Source of the DNA: Andalucia godoyi And28
Lineage: Eukaryota > Protista > Jakobida
DNA length: 64,000 bases
Reading direction: 5' to 3'
NCBI GenBank assembly: GCA_009859145.1
Contig: VRVR01000001.1
Span: forward strand, 435,692-499,691
Position 1 is the stretch's first letter, and every line of letters starts with the position of its first letter. Both the position numbers and the translations under genes were made by a program. Positions 21,857 to 33,400 of this stretch are shown here, one piece after another. The notes under the pieces were generated by a model that saw nothing but the letters and a program-made list of their open reading frames with translations, was not told the origin of the DNA and did no database searches.

Positions 21857-22175
21857 ACTAACTTGGACACTTGCACGATACAGAAAGAAGAATAAATATA
21901 GACTCGACGACGACAACGCTAAAGAAGGCTTTAATGAACACGAGAAAAAGATACGCACGAAAAAACGATGGCACAGAAAATTTCGGATCGGGAATCGAGG
22001 TTAAAGAATTTCACCGCCGCGGGCACAGGGGGATGCCAGCCCGCCAGCCGGGCATCGCTACGGCAGCCCGTGGGAACGTTTGAGAATGGTCCTACGTGTA
22101 CTGGCACATGCGAAAGAGAACATCCCCACAACAAACGCTTCGTCTCGCGACAGGAATGGAGAATAAGAGACTGCT

Positions 22176-23735
22176 TTACATGTTACAAGCCACAAAGATG
22201 TTGAAACCTTCCGAGGCAGTTGATACGATGGATCCTGGAATTTGAGGATGCCAATGAACTTCCTTGACCTGCTGCTGGCCCTGATGGACAAACATGAGTT
22301 GCGGGGGTACATCTTTAACGTCCTCGTCGTGGTCTGAACCGACGATTCGCATACCTTGGACTCGCTCCTCCTCCTCCACAGCTTCCGGAGTTTGTGCAGT
22401 CTTTGACGCCGAGTCGTCGCGTTCGACAGACAGATCCCACAATGTGATTTGATCATCGTCAGACGAAACGGCAAGCACAGATGAATCGGTTGGATGCCAT
22501 TCGATCGACGTGATGGGGGCCTTGTGATAGTCAAATGACGCTGCAAACGTGCCCGAATTGAACATTCGAAGATCCCATACTCGAAACACGCCGTCATCTC
22601 CACCGGAGGCCAGCAGATAGGCCATTGTTTTGTTCCAGGAGATGACGTTGACGTCGGAAGCATGTGCATGGCCCACGACAACGGATGCCTTTCCTGTGCT
22701 TTGTCTCATGTCGAACACACGAACAGACCCATCGACACATGCTCCACAGAACACGTACTGTTCGGTTGGAGACCACTGGATGTCTTCGATCGAATGGCCG
22801 TCATTTTCGGCAACAAATGACGCACGAGTCCAGGCAGAACCAGTGCTGGAAGTAGGAACACAGACACCTACATGACCCTTGCAATTTCCAATTGCGAGAT
22901 AGCCCTTTTGCGCATCCAACGTCGACCAGTCCATTGCGTAACCTTCGGTTCCCCTGCGTTGCTTTCCTGAACTGCTCTGCAAAATCGAATCGCAGACGAA
23001 GAATGGCGTTACATCCCCGGAAATTTTCGACGCTGCAATGGAATCCAGTGCAGCAAGATGCTGTGACACATCAAACAGCGAAACGCTACCTAGCTCAGAC
23101 CACGTCGCCAAGATGTTTGGAGTCTGCGGCATACTCCGGATTCGATTGACACACCCTCGGTGATTGATGGTTCTGCACTCCACTTCCGGGTCCTCGTCAA
23201 TGTCCGAGTCGTCGTCCTCGTCTCGATCCGAGTTATCAGGATCATCATCAAAACGAGTTCTGCTGAGTTTTGCACACTTGTACAACGAAATCTTGTTCTC
23301 GTCCACAGACTCGGCTTGGGTGCCTGCAGCAAAATACATCGTGTGGGGATATCTCTTACGAGCCATCCCGAATTTGTCTCGTATAATATCAAATGACAAC
23401 GAAGGCCATTCCGTGCGAAGCTGGTGGAACATGTTGTAAGCAGTGGGATCATAATCAAGAGTTTCACCTTCTTCCATCGTGTCGACTCCCTTTCGCCATA
23501 CTCGACCAGGAACCTTTGAAACATGGTCTCCGTCGGCGAGTTCCTTCATTTGCGTGTCTTCATCGTCTTCATTGTCTCCTTCGCCCGCATCCACTACAAC
23601 CTCTCCTTCGTCTTCGTCATAATCATCGCCAAAATCATCCTCAAACTGAATATTCATCTCTTCATTTTGCTCTGCGTTCGATTGCGACTCTGAAAATTGC
23701 ACTCCTTTTCGCCGCTTTGCACCATCCATAGGCAT
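22176..23735 (-). CDS. GRWD1: Glutamate-rich WD40 protein (GRWD1/Rrb1), ribosome biogenesis
   Basis: LDYDPTAYNMFHQLRTEWPSLSFD, AGTQA, HRGCVNRIR, SIEDIQWSP, DVNVISWN, PPQLMFVHQGQ, EVHWHPQIPG. Confidence 0.9.
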   Translation of the reverse strand: MPMDGAKRRKGVQFSESQSNAEQNEEMNIQFEDDFGDDYDEDEGEVVVDAGEGDNEDDEDTQMKELADGDHVSKVPGRVWRKGVDTMEEGETLDYDPTAYNMFHQLRTEWPSLSFDIIRDKFGMARKRYPHTMYFAAGTQAESVDENKISLYKCAKLSRTRFDDDPDNSDRDEDDDSDIDEDPEVECRTINHRGCVNRIRSMPQTPNILATWSELGSVSLFDVSQHLAALDSIAASKISGDVTPFFVCDSILQSSSGKQRRGTEGYAMDWSTLDAQKGYLAIGNCKGHVGVCVPTSSTGSAWTRASFVAENDGHSIEDIQWSPTEQYVFCGACVDGSVRVFDMRQSTGKASVVVGHAHASDVNVISWNKTMAYLLASGGDDGVFRVWDLRMFNSGTFAASFDYHKAPITSIEWHPTDSSVLAVSSDDDQITLWDLSVERDDSASKTAQTPEAVEEEERVQGMRIVGSDHDEDVKDVPPQLMFVHQGQQQVKEVHWHPQIPGSIVSTASEGFNIFVACNM

Positions 23736-23807
23736 GTTGTCACGCTGCAGGAAATTCCGCACTGGGAGGAAAAAACGAAAACCAAGAATGGATCAAACAC
23801 GAAACTA

Positions 23808-23850
23808 CAAACAATCAAACAATCAAACAATCAAACAATCAAACAATCAA
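23808..23850. repeat. Tandem 8-mer (AAACAATC) x about 5
   Basis: Directly visible. Confidence 0.85.
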
Positions 23851-24323
23851 ATAAAAACACTGAACAAACCCAAAGTCAGTTTTTCGCGCTTTTCAATGCG
23901 CTTTCCACTTCAAACCATGTGCAGATGTTGGTGTTTTGTTACAGTCGACGCAGTCAAGCGCTCTTTCCGACCTCTGCACGTTTTGAAAACCAAAGTTTAT
24001 TCAAGATTTTGTGTTATCTTCTTTTTGCTTTTTGTTTGTTGAAGACTCGCTGTTTACACACCCAAATTCTACCAGCATCGAAAGAAAGAAAAGAGAAATC
24101 ACCTATTAAACGAAGATTGGACATTCGTTTGCGACGGGCAAGCATGAGGAAATTGAAAGAAACGGAAAAAGAAAGGGAAAAACGAGGGGAAGGAAAAATA
24201 AAAGAGGTGAAACAAGTCGAAGAAGAGAAAATACAAGAATTCTAAATCAGAAGAAGAGGGAGGGGAGGGGAAGAACAACAACAAGAACTGGAAGGCTCGT
24301 CGTCCGACTCAGTCGCACAGACA

Positions 24324-26068
24324 CTAGAGCGGATTCACTGCGTTGTACACATAAAGATAATTCAGTGATGCACAAGCAATGATATTGTCCGTTGGATGCC
24401 AGGCAGTATGCAGGACCTTCTTGGTGTAGTCTATATCATCACCTGAAGTTCCGTTTCCGATTTCCTTTCCTTTGCTCTTGGTGCGTGTCAAGGAACCCAA
24501 GCGAGACCGAGTGGTCTTTTTCTTTGGAGAGATCTTCGAAGCTTCCACCAACGCAGTTTGTCTGCCGAGATGATCAAAAGCATAAAACATATTAGCGTAC
24601 GACCCAGTTAGGAACTGGCTACCATCGCCAGAAACAGCACATTCGAAACGATCAAAGATGGAATCATTCTCGTACAGCGTGCACAATTGAGAGCGCAGCT
24701 GATCGTGGACATTGATCACTCGCAGAGGCCGGGACTCCATATTTACATCCCATAACTTCAAAGTCAAGAAGTCGCGAGTCAGAATGTACCGGCCATCGCG
24801 CGTGAACTTGGCATCAGAAATCGAGCACACAATCTCCGTAAAGTACGATTTTTCAATTTCCTCCGGAGATTCGAACACTGCAACCCACAACAATTAATTT
24901 AAATTAAAAAAAATAATTAAAATTAAAATAAAAAGAGAAAGTGAGTTGACACGGATCGTTTGAAAAATAAAAGAAAACGCACGACAAACAACTAGGCAAA
25001 AAGGTGCGGTGGAATCAGATAAATCCCTTTAGTTACAACATTGAGAATTCAGACGATACTAATCAAGATATACATCCTTTTCCCAAAACCGCAGATTTCA
25101 AAAAAGATAACAAGAGAAGAAAAGAAGGAAAAAACAAAGGGAAAGAAAGGCAAGAAATTGAGAAACATACTTTTTGAATGGTTGTCGCACAAAGCATTCT
25201 GTCTCATGTCGACCATCTTGATGATGCCTCTAGATGTAGTGTAAATGAAGGAATTGCACTGCTGGGGATGGAAGCACGCCGTGGTGACTACTTCGTTCAA
25301 GTCCTCCATGTTGTTCGGCTTGATATCTACAATGTTGAACGAAGTATTCGGGACTCCAACGTGCCATAGATTGATCCGCAAGTCGTCGGCCGACAGAAAC
25401 GTTTCTCCGTCAGAATTGAGAGATATAGAATTGATATGATATGCATGCCCGTTTCCGTACACCCTCTTTTGCTGAGCCGTCACAACAGTTTCTCCGTACG
25501 ACACTCGCGGCAGTCTCAGCGACCGCAACCTGTTATTCGCTGGAGACGAATAGGAGGGCTTCCCAGACTCGATGTTGAACGTAGACACGTTCTGCACGCT
25601 TCTTTCGAAAACCTTCCACAGCTTGATCGTCTTGTCATTCGTCGTCAGCATGAACAAGCCATTTGGAGAGCCCTTCAGAAACTTGATTTGGTTGATCTTT
25701 TCCTCAATCTCCACGGACTTCAGATAGTCAAACTCGGGAGAATGACTTTGGAATTCTGTGTACAGCTTATACTCTACAACAGGGCTCGGTGCCTTCAAAC
25801 GTTGCAGCGACCCCGAACGAGATCGGTTCAGTGCCGAGGCACTCGCCCCTGGCGAGCTTCCGGCGCTTGGCGACCCAGGAGTCCCTGCAGAGCCGGCTCG
25901 CTTCAGAATAACCACGCGGCCCCCTCTATCGCCGATCGCGAGATTATCGCCCGTTTCGTCAAACTCGACGGCGCTGATGATGTCCGCCTCGGTCGGTTCT
26001 TCTCCAAGACCCTTGTCACCGAACACTTGTGCAAACTGCCAATCCATACTTCCGGTTGCAGACGTCAT
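24324..26068 (-). CDS. PPP2R2: PP2A regulatory subunit B55 (PR55/CDC55); exons 26068-25171 and 24877-24324
   Basis: WQFAQVFG, EADIISAVEF, EFQSHSPEFDYLKSVEIEEKIN, HAYHINSIS, SISDAKF, FDRFEC; intron GTATGT...TGCAG restores the frame. Confidence 0.93.
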
Positions 26069-27337
26069 TCCAGTTGTTAATTACTATTGCTGTTCTTCTT
26101 GTTTTTTTTTCTTTTTCTTTTTTGGGTCCTCCTCTTCTTGGGTGTTTGCTAGTTGGTGGTGGGAATTGGGACGGCTCGGCTTCGGCAAAAAATGGAGAAC
26201 TTGGATTACAACGCGTAGGAAAGCGGGCAAAAGAAACGATGATTGTTATTGCACAAGCTTGCAGACATCAACTGAAAAAACGAAGTACGGCAACAGGAGA
26301 TGAGAGAGAAGGCGAGAGAAAAGAAAGAAAGAAGTGGGGGGAAAAAAGACACAAATGAGTGAGATCAATCACACGTCGTTAAGAAAATGATCCACTGAAA
26401 CAGAAAACGTTCGAGAAAACAAGGGTAACGAGGAAGAGAAGAAAGGCGGAGGAAGACGAAGAAGAAAAGAAAAAGAGGAATGTAATTAAACCAAACGAGA
26501 AACCGATACACAGAATGAATGATGAAAAAAAAAAATGAAAAAAAAAAAGGAAAAGATAGCGAATGAATGAAAGAAGGAGAGAACGAACGAACGAAGGAAT
26601 GAACGAATGAAGGAATGAATGAATGAAAAGAAGAAAGAAGGAACGAAAAGAAGGAGAAATAACGAAAAAAAGGAAGCAGCAGCACAAACGCCTTTTAGGC
26701 TCCTTCAAATACTCGTGTGTGTATGTGTTGGGATAAAGAGAGGACCGGCCACTTTTTTTTCTAAACCTGTTGGGGAGGGGGAAGAGTTTCCGAAGCGAAA
26801 GGCCTCTCTCATTCTCTCTCTCTCTCTCTCTCTCCTCTGTTTCCTCTCTTCGTGTTTGCCTTACTCTGACACTGCGGGCTGTCAGAACGAGTGACATGTT
26901 TTCCGGGTTTTCTGTGTTGGTTAGCTAAAAAAGGGGGGTGTCATTCCCCTCGAGAAGAAAAAAAAAGTCAGTAAACCACCGGGGGCGTGTACCGCTTTGT
27001 CACACGTTGTTGTCATTCGCCGGATCTTTCTTGTTGAAATGGAAATTCCGTTTTTAACGTCATTCTCGATTCTGCATTTACAAAATGACAATCAGCTAAA
27101 ATAACAGAGTGAATTAATAAATGTGTTCCAGCAGAAAGAACACAAAAACGAAGAAGAATAGAAGATTTATTTATCTTTCAGCGCAATATACGTGCTTTCG
27201 AATAGAAGGACAGTTCATCTGATTTTCGTAATCAAAACAATATCAAAATCAAACAAGAACGACGAAGCTGGATTGTTTTTTCTTTTTCTTTTTCTTTCTT
27301 CTTTCTTCTTCAATTTAAACAATCGGATATTAGAAGT

Positions 27338-28147
27338 ATGGACGCGAGTTCTCTGTTAGCTTCTGAAGAGGGCTTAGATGTTGAGTCTCCGCAAAGCGAC
27401 ACTTTGCCAGCGCAACAGGGAGTCCTGCGCTATTCACAGCAGCAGCAGCAGCAGCAACAACAACAACAACAACAACAGCAGCATCAACATCCTCTGGCGG
27501 GAATCAGGTGGACGCAGCCATCGCGAGGTTCATTCTCCAATCCTAGCATGTCCGTATCTCCTGGGCTTTCGTCTTCTTTTTCTAGACCAACGGCGTCGAT
27601 GAGCCCGACGACTGTTTCTGCTGTCCCTGGCGCTGCCGTGGTGGCAGTGGCCAGTTCCAGTTTCTCGAATCCACAGTCTCCAGTTCCCCCACAGAGAGTC
27701 CTCGCTCCAACTGCGCACAAACCATCGGTGATCCGACCGACTGCACAGCTTCCGCCTTCTGCACCACGCTTGCTTGTGGCGCCACAGCCTGTGTTCATGC
27801 ATGCTGGCTCTGCAACTAGCATGAATTTGAGCACATCAAGCACCACATCAGGCCCTACGACTCCGGTCTCCCATGCGCTTCCTGCGCTTCCAGTGGGCGT
27901 CTCATCCGAACAGATGCTTAGAATACAGTATGTGACAGATCCAAGCGTCGATTGGGGCGTGTATCTGCAGGATCTAAATGTGAATCACAACGACCCGAGC
28001 GTTATTCGATTCATGACGTCAACTCCCGCTGTGCTAGAAGACATTGTTTGTCAGTTAGAAGATTTTGCCCTCAAGATCAGCCAGATTGAGAATTCAGAGA
28101 TACAGAGGGCCGCTGCTCTCAACATTCTGGGTGGTTCGCAGGCCTGA
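27338..28147 (+). CDS. LIN52-like MuvB/DREAM subunit with Q/P/S-rich insert
   Basis: N-terminal SLLASEEGLDVESP resembles LIN52 SLLSFEKLDRASP; C-terminal LEDFALKISQIENSEIQRAAALNILG resembles LIN52 LAYQLGLDESREMTRGKFLNIL (reference motifs recalled from memory). Confidence 0.6.
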   Translation: MDASSLLASEEGLDVESPQSDTLPAQQGVLRYSQQQQQQQQQQQQQQQHQHPLAGIRWTQPSRGSFSNPSMSVSPGLSSSFSRPTASMSPTTVSAVPGAAVVAVASSSFSNPQSPVPPQRVLAPTAHKPSVIRPTAQLPPSAPRLLVAPQPVFMHAGSATSMNLSTSSTTSGPTTPVSHALPALPVGVSSEQMLRIQYVTDPSVDWGVYLQDLNVNHNDPSVIRFMTSTPAVLEDIVCQLEDFALKISQIENSEIQRAAALNILGGSQA

Positions 28148-28238
28148 GGAAGGACCAAAAACACAGAAGGAGACACAAAGACTGCGGCTCGAGAAGACCT
28201 TGCTCTATTTATTAATCATCTTTTTTTATGTCTCATGA

Positions 28239-30096
28239 TCACACATTCGTCAATTGGTCTCCGTCGTCGAGGCTGGGCATCAATTGTGTCTGGATGTTCC
28301 AAATTGCCATTTCTGGATGCTGGAGTGGGAGCACGTGGCGAAATTCTTCAAAAGCGAGCGGAGTAGTCTTGGGTGTTCTGCGAATTTCCATTTGGAAGAG
28401 CTGTACATACGAAAAGAAGCAAAAGCAGAGGGGAGAGAGAGTGAGAGAGAGAGAGAGAAAATAAGAACAAGAATAATACAGACATCGACAGCGATTAGCA
28501 CTAGAAAGAATGCAGTGGAAGCATAAAAAGACTGGGAAATGAACTACATACTGTTTGATAGGAGTGATTCAGAAACTCGGAGATGTCCAGCGCATCCTTT
28601 TTGAATTCCTGTTCGAACAATTTCACAAGACGCGCAACCGACGGGCAGTAGTGAGACTTCAGCGTATCCAGTTCCCATAACGACGATGCAAGAGCATTGC
28701 ACTTTGCCGGGTCGACCTCGTCCGCCAGATACGGATCCGTGGAGAGATTGCTGGAGACAGCTGATGCATTGGAGCGAACGGCGGTTGCGCTGTCGGTATG
28801 CACGCTCCGGTGAATCAACTGCATGCAAGACGCATGTCGCTTCAGCAAGTTGTAAATGAATGGAATGGCAGACAAGATTCCAGCAGGTGAAGCTGTCAAG
28901 CACAGCCTTGCAGTCCTTTTTGCAAATGCGCCAACGACGTATGCAGGCAGCAGAGGCGACGTCAAGAACAAATCCGCCAACTTGAAGAAACGAGCTCGGT
29001 ATTTTGCCATGAACACAGTGGGCTCGAACAGCGCGTACAGTTTCTTGTAAAAATCGGGGTAGTCCAAGTTGTACTTGACAATCAACGTGAAGATTCCGTG
29101 CAGCGCGAGCAGAGAGATGACACCACCCCGATTATACGAGTCCCGCAGGAAGTCAATCAACAGCAGCGGTTGTGTTACGTGCGGGAGCACCAATTCATGA
29201 ATTGTCAGCAGCACCCGCTTATACGACAAGGATGTCAACGGTTTTCTCAAGTAGGCCATCCAAAAATCTGTAAAAACCTTGCGGTGGAACTTGACGTCAC
29301 GCAGCCTGAAACCAGAGCCGTCCAAAGCAGCATACGAGAAATGGAAATCATTGAGCTCGTCCGGAGTGGACGGCAAATTGATATCACCGCAAACATCATA
29401 AATAGTATCGATTGCGTGATCAGACACCTCGGAGCCTTCCTTCTTCAATTGCTTCTCCAAAATCTCGTACACAAACGCTCGAATGTCGTCAAATCCAAAC
29501 ACAAAGTTGTCCTTGAACGCCGCCACAACGGACGGATCTACTCGGGAATCCGACACAACCAACCAGACCAGAGACGCAAACACTCCTCTTTGGATGTAAT
29601 CGTGGGCAACATCGAACTTTGCCGAGAGCGCGTCCATCTCAATTCGCGTCAGATCCATGATAAGCGTCAGAATATCAACCTGCATTCCAGGGTCATCGCA
29701 CGTCATGTATTCCAGCAATTGTCCGCAGAATACTTGAAATTTCTTGAAGATCCATTCTCGGAATACCAAGGTGGCCTTTTCTCCAGCATCAACATTCTCC
29801 AAGTCCGATACTCGTGCCGACTTCCCCGGAGTCAGGTCTTTCGAGTCAATGAATGTGGAAAAGCAAGCAACCAGCGCTTTTGCCGCGTGGACCACAACTT
29901 CCGACGAGGACGACTGCTGCATGATCTGGAGCAGTTTGGCAAGGTTATTCGCAAACTTTCGACTGTCTTGACTGAATTCACTTTTCAATCTGGTAATGGA
30001 TGAGACCAGATTTTTCGGAGACTCCTTTTCCGTGCTCTCGCTGCCTACCTGCAATTGGCGTTCTCGTTTCGTACTCTGTTTTCCTTTGGTCCCCAT
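28239..30096 (-). CDS. NOC4L: Nucleolar complex protein 4 (NOC4, CBF/Mak21 family); exons 30096-28552 and 28400-28239
   Basis: LLIDFLRDSYNRGG, LDYPDFYKKLYALF, FFKLADLFLTS, AFAKRTARL, SSLWEL; intron GTATGT...TACAG gives SYQTLFQMEIRR..PLAF. Confidence 0.9.
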
Positions 30097-30462
30097 TGTC
30101 GCAGACTTTCTTCTTGTGCTCTGTGATTTAATTGCGCCTCGTTTCCTCTCCCTTTTCCCTTTCCCTTTCCCCCCTCTCTCTCTCTTTCTCGTCTACGTAT
30201 AACCCAAACAAAAAGTTTCGCTCATGAAAGATCCAGGAGAAATCTGTGTGCTGTAGTGCGGTGTCAGCGTGCTGACACACCAATGACATTTTCCGTTTCC
30301 TTCTTTCTCATTGAGTCCCCTTTCCCCTCTTTTAATGTTCGCGAAGACATTTTGCAAAAGAAGAGTGAAAAAACGTCCTTGTATTATTTCCATTTTACAT
30401 ATATATACATATTCATATATTCAATTTTTTTCGTTTGCGACACGTTCTTGCGCTCTCCAAGA

Positions 30463-33400
30463 ATGCAGAACACGGACATTGCACCGCTCCGTATTGGAGC
30501 GATTTCGTTTGGCATGTTCAATGAAGAGGACATGCGCAGGGTGTCTCATCTGCACGTTTTCGACAAGGACATTTATTATGCACATACTCGCAAGCCGCAT
30601 CCACATGGCGTTCTTGATGACAGGATGGGGACTTCTGTTAAAACAGGTACTTGCTCAACTTGCCATAAGAAATTGACGGACTGTCCTGGACATTTTGGTT
30701 ATTTGCGATTGGAGCTTCCGTGCTTTCATGTCGGGTTCTTCAAATCAATCCTTGAATCGCTGCAGCGCATTTGCAAGTCATGTTCCCGAATACTTTTGGA
30801 TGACGAGGCAATTGAAAATTATCTTGCAAAAATGCGAAATCCGCGTCTTGAAACCCTTTCTCGAAAGGCACTGTACAAAGTTATTGGAGAGCAGTGCAAG
30901 AAATGCTCCATTTGCCCACATTGCCAGAGCGCAAATGGTCCTGTCAAGAAGATTCCTCCGCTGAGACTTATCCACGATCGCTACCGCACGGTGTCTTCTG
31001 CGGCTTCCAACAAGTCCAATCCAACGTCGGACCAAGAATTCCGTGAGCTGCGCGAATCCATGCGGGAGGCGATGGATTTGAACAAGGAGCTCGAACAACA
31101 TATTCAGCGTGCAGCGGACGATCTGCATCCCATTCGAGTTATTCAGTTGTTCGAAGCAATGATTCCGTCGGATGTTGAATTGCTGGACATGAATTCAGAG
31201 GCCGGCAGGCCAGAGCGTATGGTTCTGACCCACCTGCTTGTTCCTCCTGTTGCTCTCCGGCCGTCTGTCGTGAACGATACTCTGGCAGGCTCAAATGAGG
31301 ATGACTTGACTATGAAGCTGCGGGAAATTGTGCAGATTAATAATGTCATCCGATCCAACAAGGATAAGGGTATGGCAATTTCTACAATGTATGGCGATTG
31401 GGAATTTCTGCAAATGCAGGTTGCCATGTACATCCATTCCGAATATCCGGGCCTTCCATCCAGTTTGAATACCTCGGGACGTCCAATTCGGTCGCTTTGC
31501 ACTCGCCTGAAAGGGAAGCGAGGCCGCTTCCGAGGAAACTTGTCCGGCAAGCGTGTGGACTTTTCTGGCCGTACAGTGATCTCCCCCGATCCGAATCTGC
31601 GAATTGACGAGGTTGTGGTTCCACGCCGCGTTGCCAAGGTGCTTACATATCCCGAGCGCGTTTTCAAACACAACATTGACAGGCTCAGGCAGGCTGTGCG
31701 CAACGGTCCTGACATCCATCCTGGAGCGAACTTCATCGAATCTGGTCGGGACGGCTCCAAGCGTTTCTTGCGGTACGGAGACCGAAATACAATGGCGGAG
31801 CAAATGCAAATTGGAGATGTTGTGGAAAGGCACTTGATTGACGGGGACGTTGTCTTGTTCAACAGACAGCCTTCTCTTCATAGGGTTTCTATTATGTGCC
31901 ATAGGGTTCGTGTGCTTCCGTTCCGAACGTTCCGATTCAATGTGTGCGTGTGTGCGCCGTACAATGCTGATTTTGATGGCGATGAAATGAATTTGCATGT
32001 GCCTCAAACGGAAGAGGCGCGCTCCGAGGCGTTGGAGTTGATGTCTGTCTTGAAGAATCTCCAACTCCCCAAATCAGGCGAACCAGGCATTGCACCCAAT
32101 CAGGACTTCTTGACTGCGTCGTATTTGCTGTCGAAGAAGGGGACGTTTCTCGATCGTGCCCAGTTCACGCATTTGATCGAATGCATGCTGCTTGAAAACG
32201 AACTTGATCGCAAGGTTTCGCGCGTCACTCTTCCGCCAGCTGCTATTCTGAAACCGGTCGAGCTGTGGACTGGAAAACAGGTGTTTAGTGTCTTGCTTTC
32301 CCCGTACAAGAACGATCCGGTGTTTATCAATCTCGAAACCGCAACCAAGAACTATTCCGGGAAGGACGAGTACATGTGCAAGAACGACGGGTTTGTAGTA
32401 ATTCACAAATCCGAACTACTCTGCGGCACTCTCGACAAGAGTATTCTTGGTAACGGTGCGTCGAAGGCCGCATCTCTCTTCTATGTTCTCATGCGAGAGA
32501 AAACAGCGAGCTATGCGGCGACATGCATGGCTCGCGTGGCTCGCGTGACGTCCCGGTGGCTGATGGCCCACGGGTTTTCCATCGGCATTTCCGATGTTAC
32601 GCCGTCGGAATCCGTTCGTGGTGGAAAGCATAAGATCGTATCGGAAGGCTATGCACAGTGTACGTCCTACATTGAGCAGTACAACGTCGGAAAACTGCAG
32701 CCGCAGCCTGGATGCAATGCTGCGCAGTCGCTTGAGGCTGTCCTGAACGGCACCCTCTCGCAGTTGCGTGACGCATGCGGAAAACTGTGCATCCAGGAAT
32801 TGCCATTCCGAAATGCGCCGTTGATTATGGCGTTGTCCGGATCAAAAGGTTCCAACATTAATATTTCCCAGATGGTTGCTGTTGTTGGCCAGCAGACTGT
32901 TGCGGGTACGCGAATCCCGGATGGGTTTGTCGGAGTGCGCGCTCTTCCGCATTTCGGAGAGGGCGAGAAGACTCCGAAAGCAAAAGGCTTTGTTGAGAAC
33001 TCGTTTTACACTGGCCTCACTGCAACAGAGTTTTTCTTCCACACCATGGCCGGGCGAGAGGGTTTGGTCGATACTGCTGTCAAGACCGCAGAAACTGGCT
33101 ACATGCAGCGCCGTCTCATGAAAGCTTTGGAGGATTTGAGCGCAAAGTACGACGGCACGATTCGCAACTCGGAGAATGGTATAGTCCAATTCTTCTACGG
33201 TGAAGATGGGCTGTCTCCGTTGGAAATGGAGGGCAAAGATTCTCAGCTGTATGCATTTGATCGTCTGCTGCTGGACGCGCGCTTGGAGGTGAATCCTGAA
33301 GCGGCTAGTGAACACTCTGTTTTGCCCGGGGAGGTTTTGATCCGAATGGGCCGATTCCTGGACGACGAAGCACCGAAGGAAGGCATCAACGAAAAGGTTT

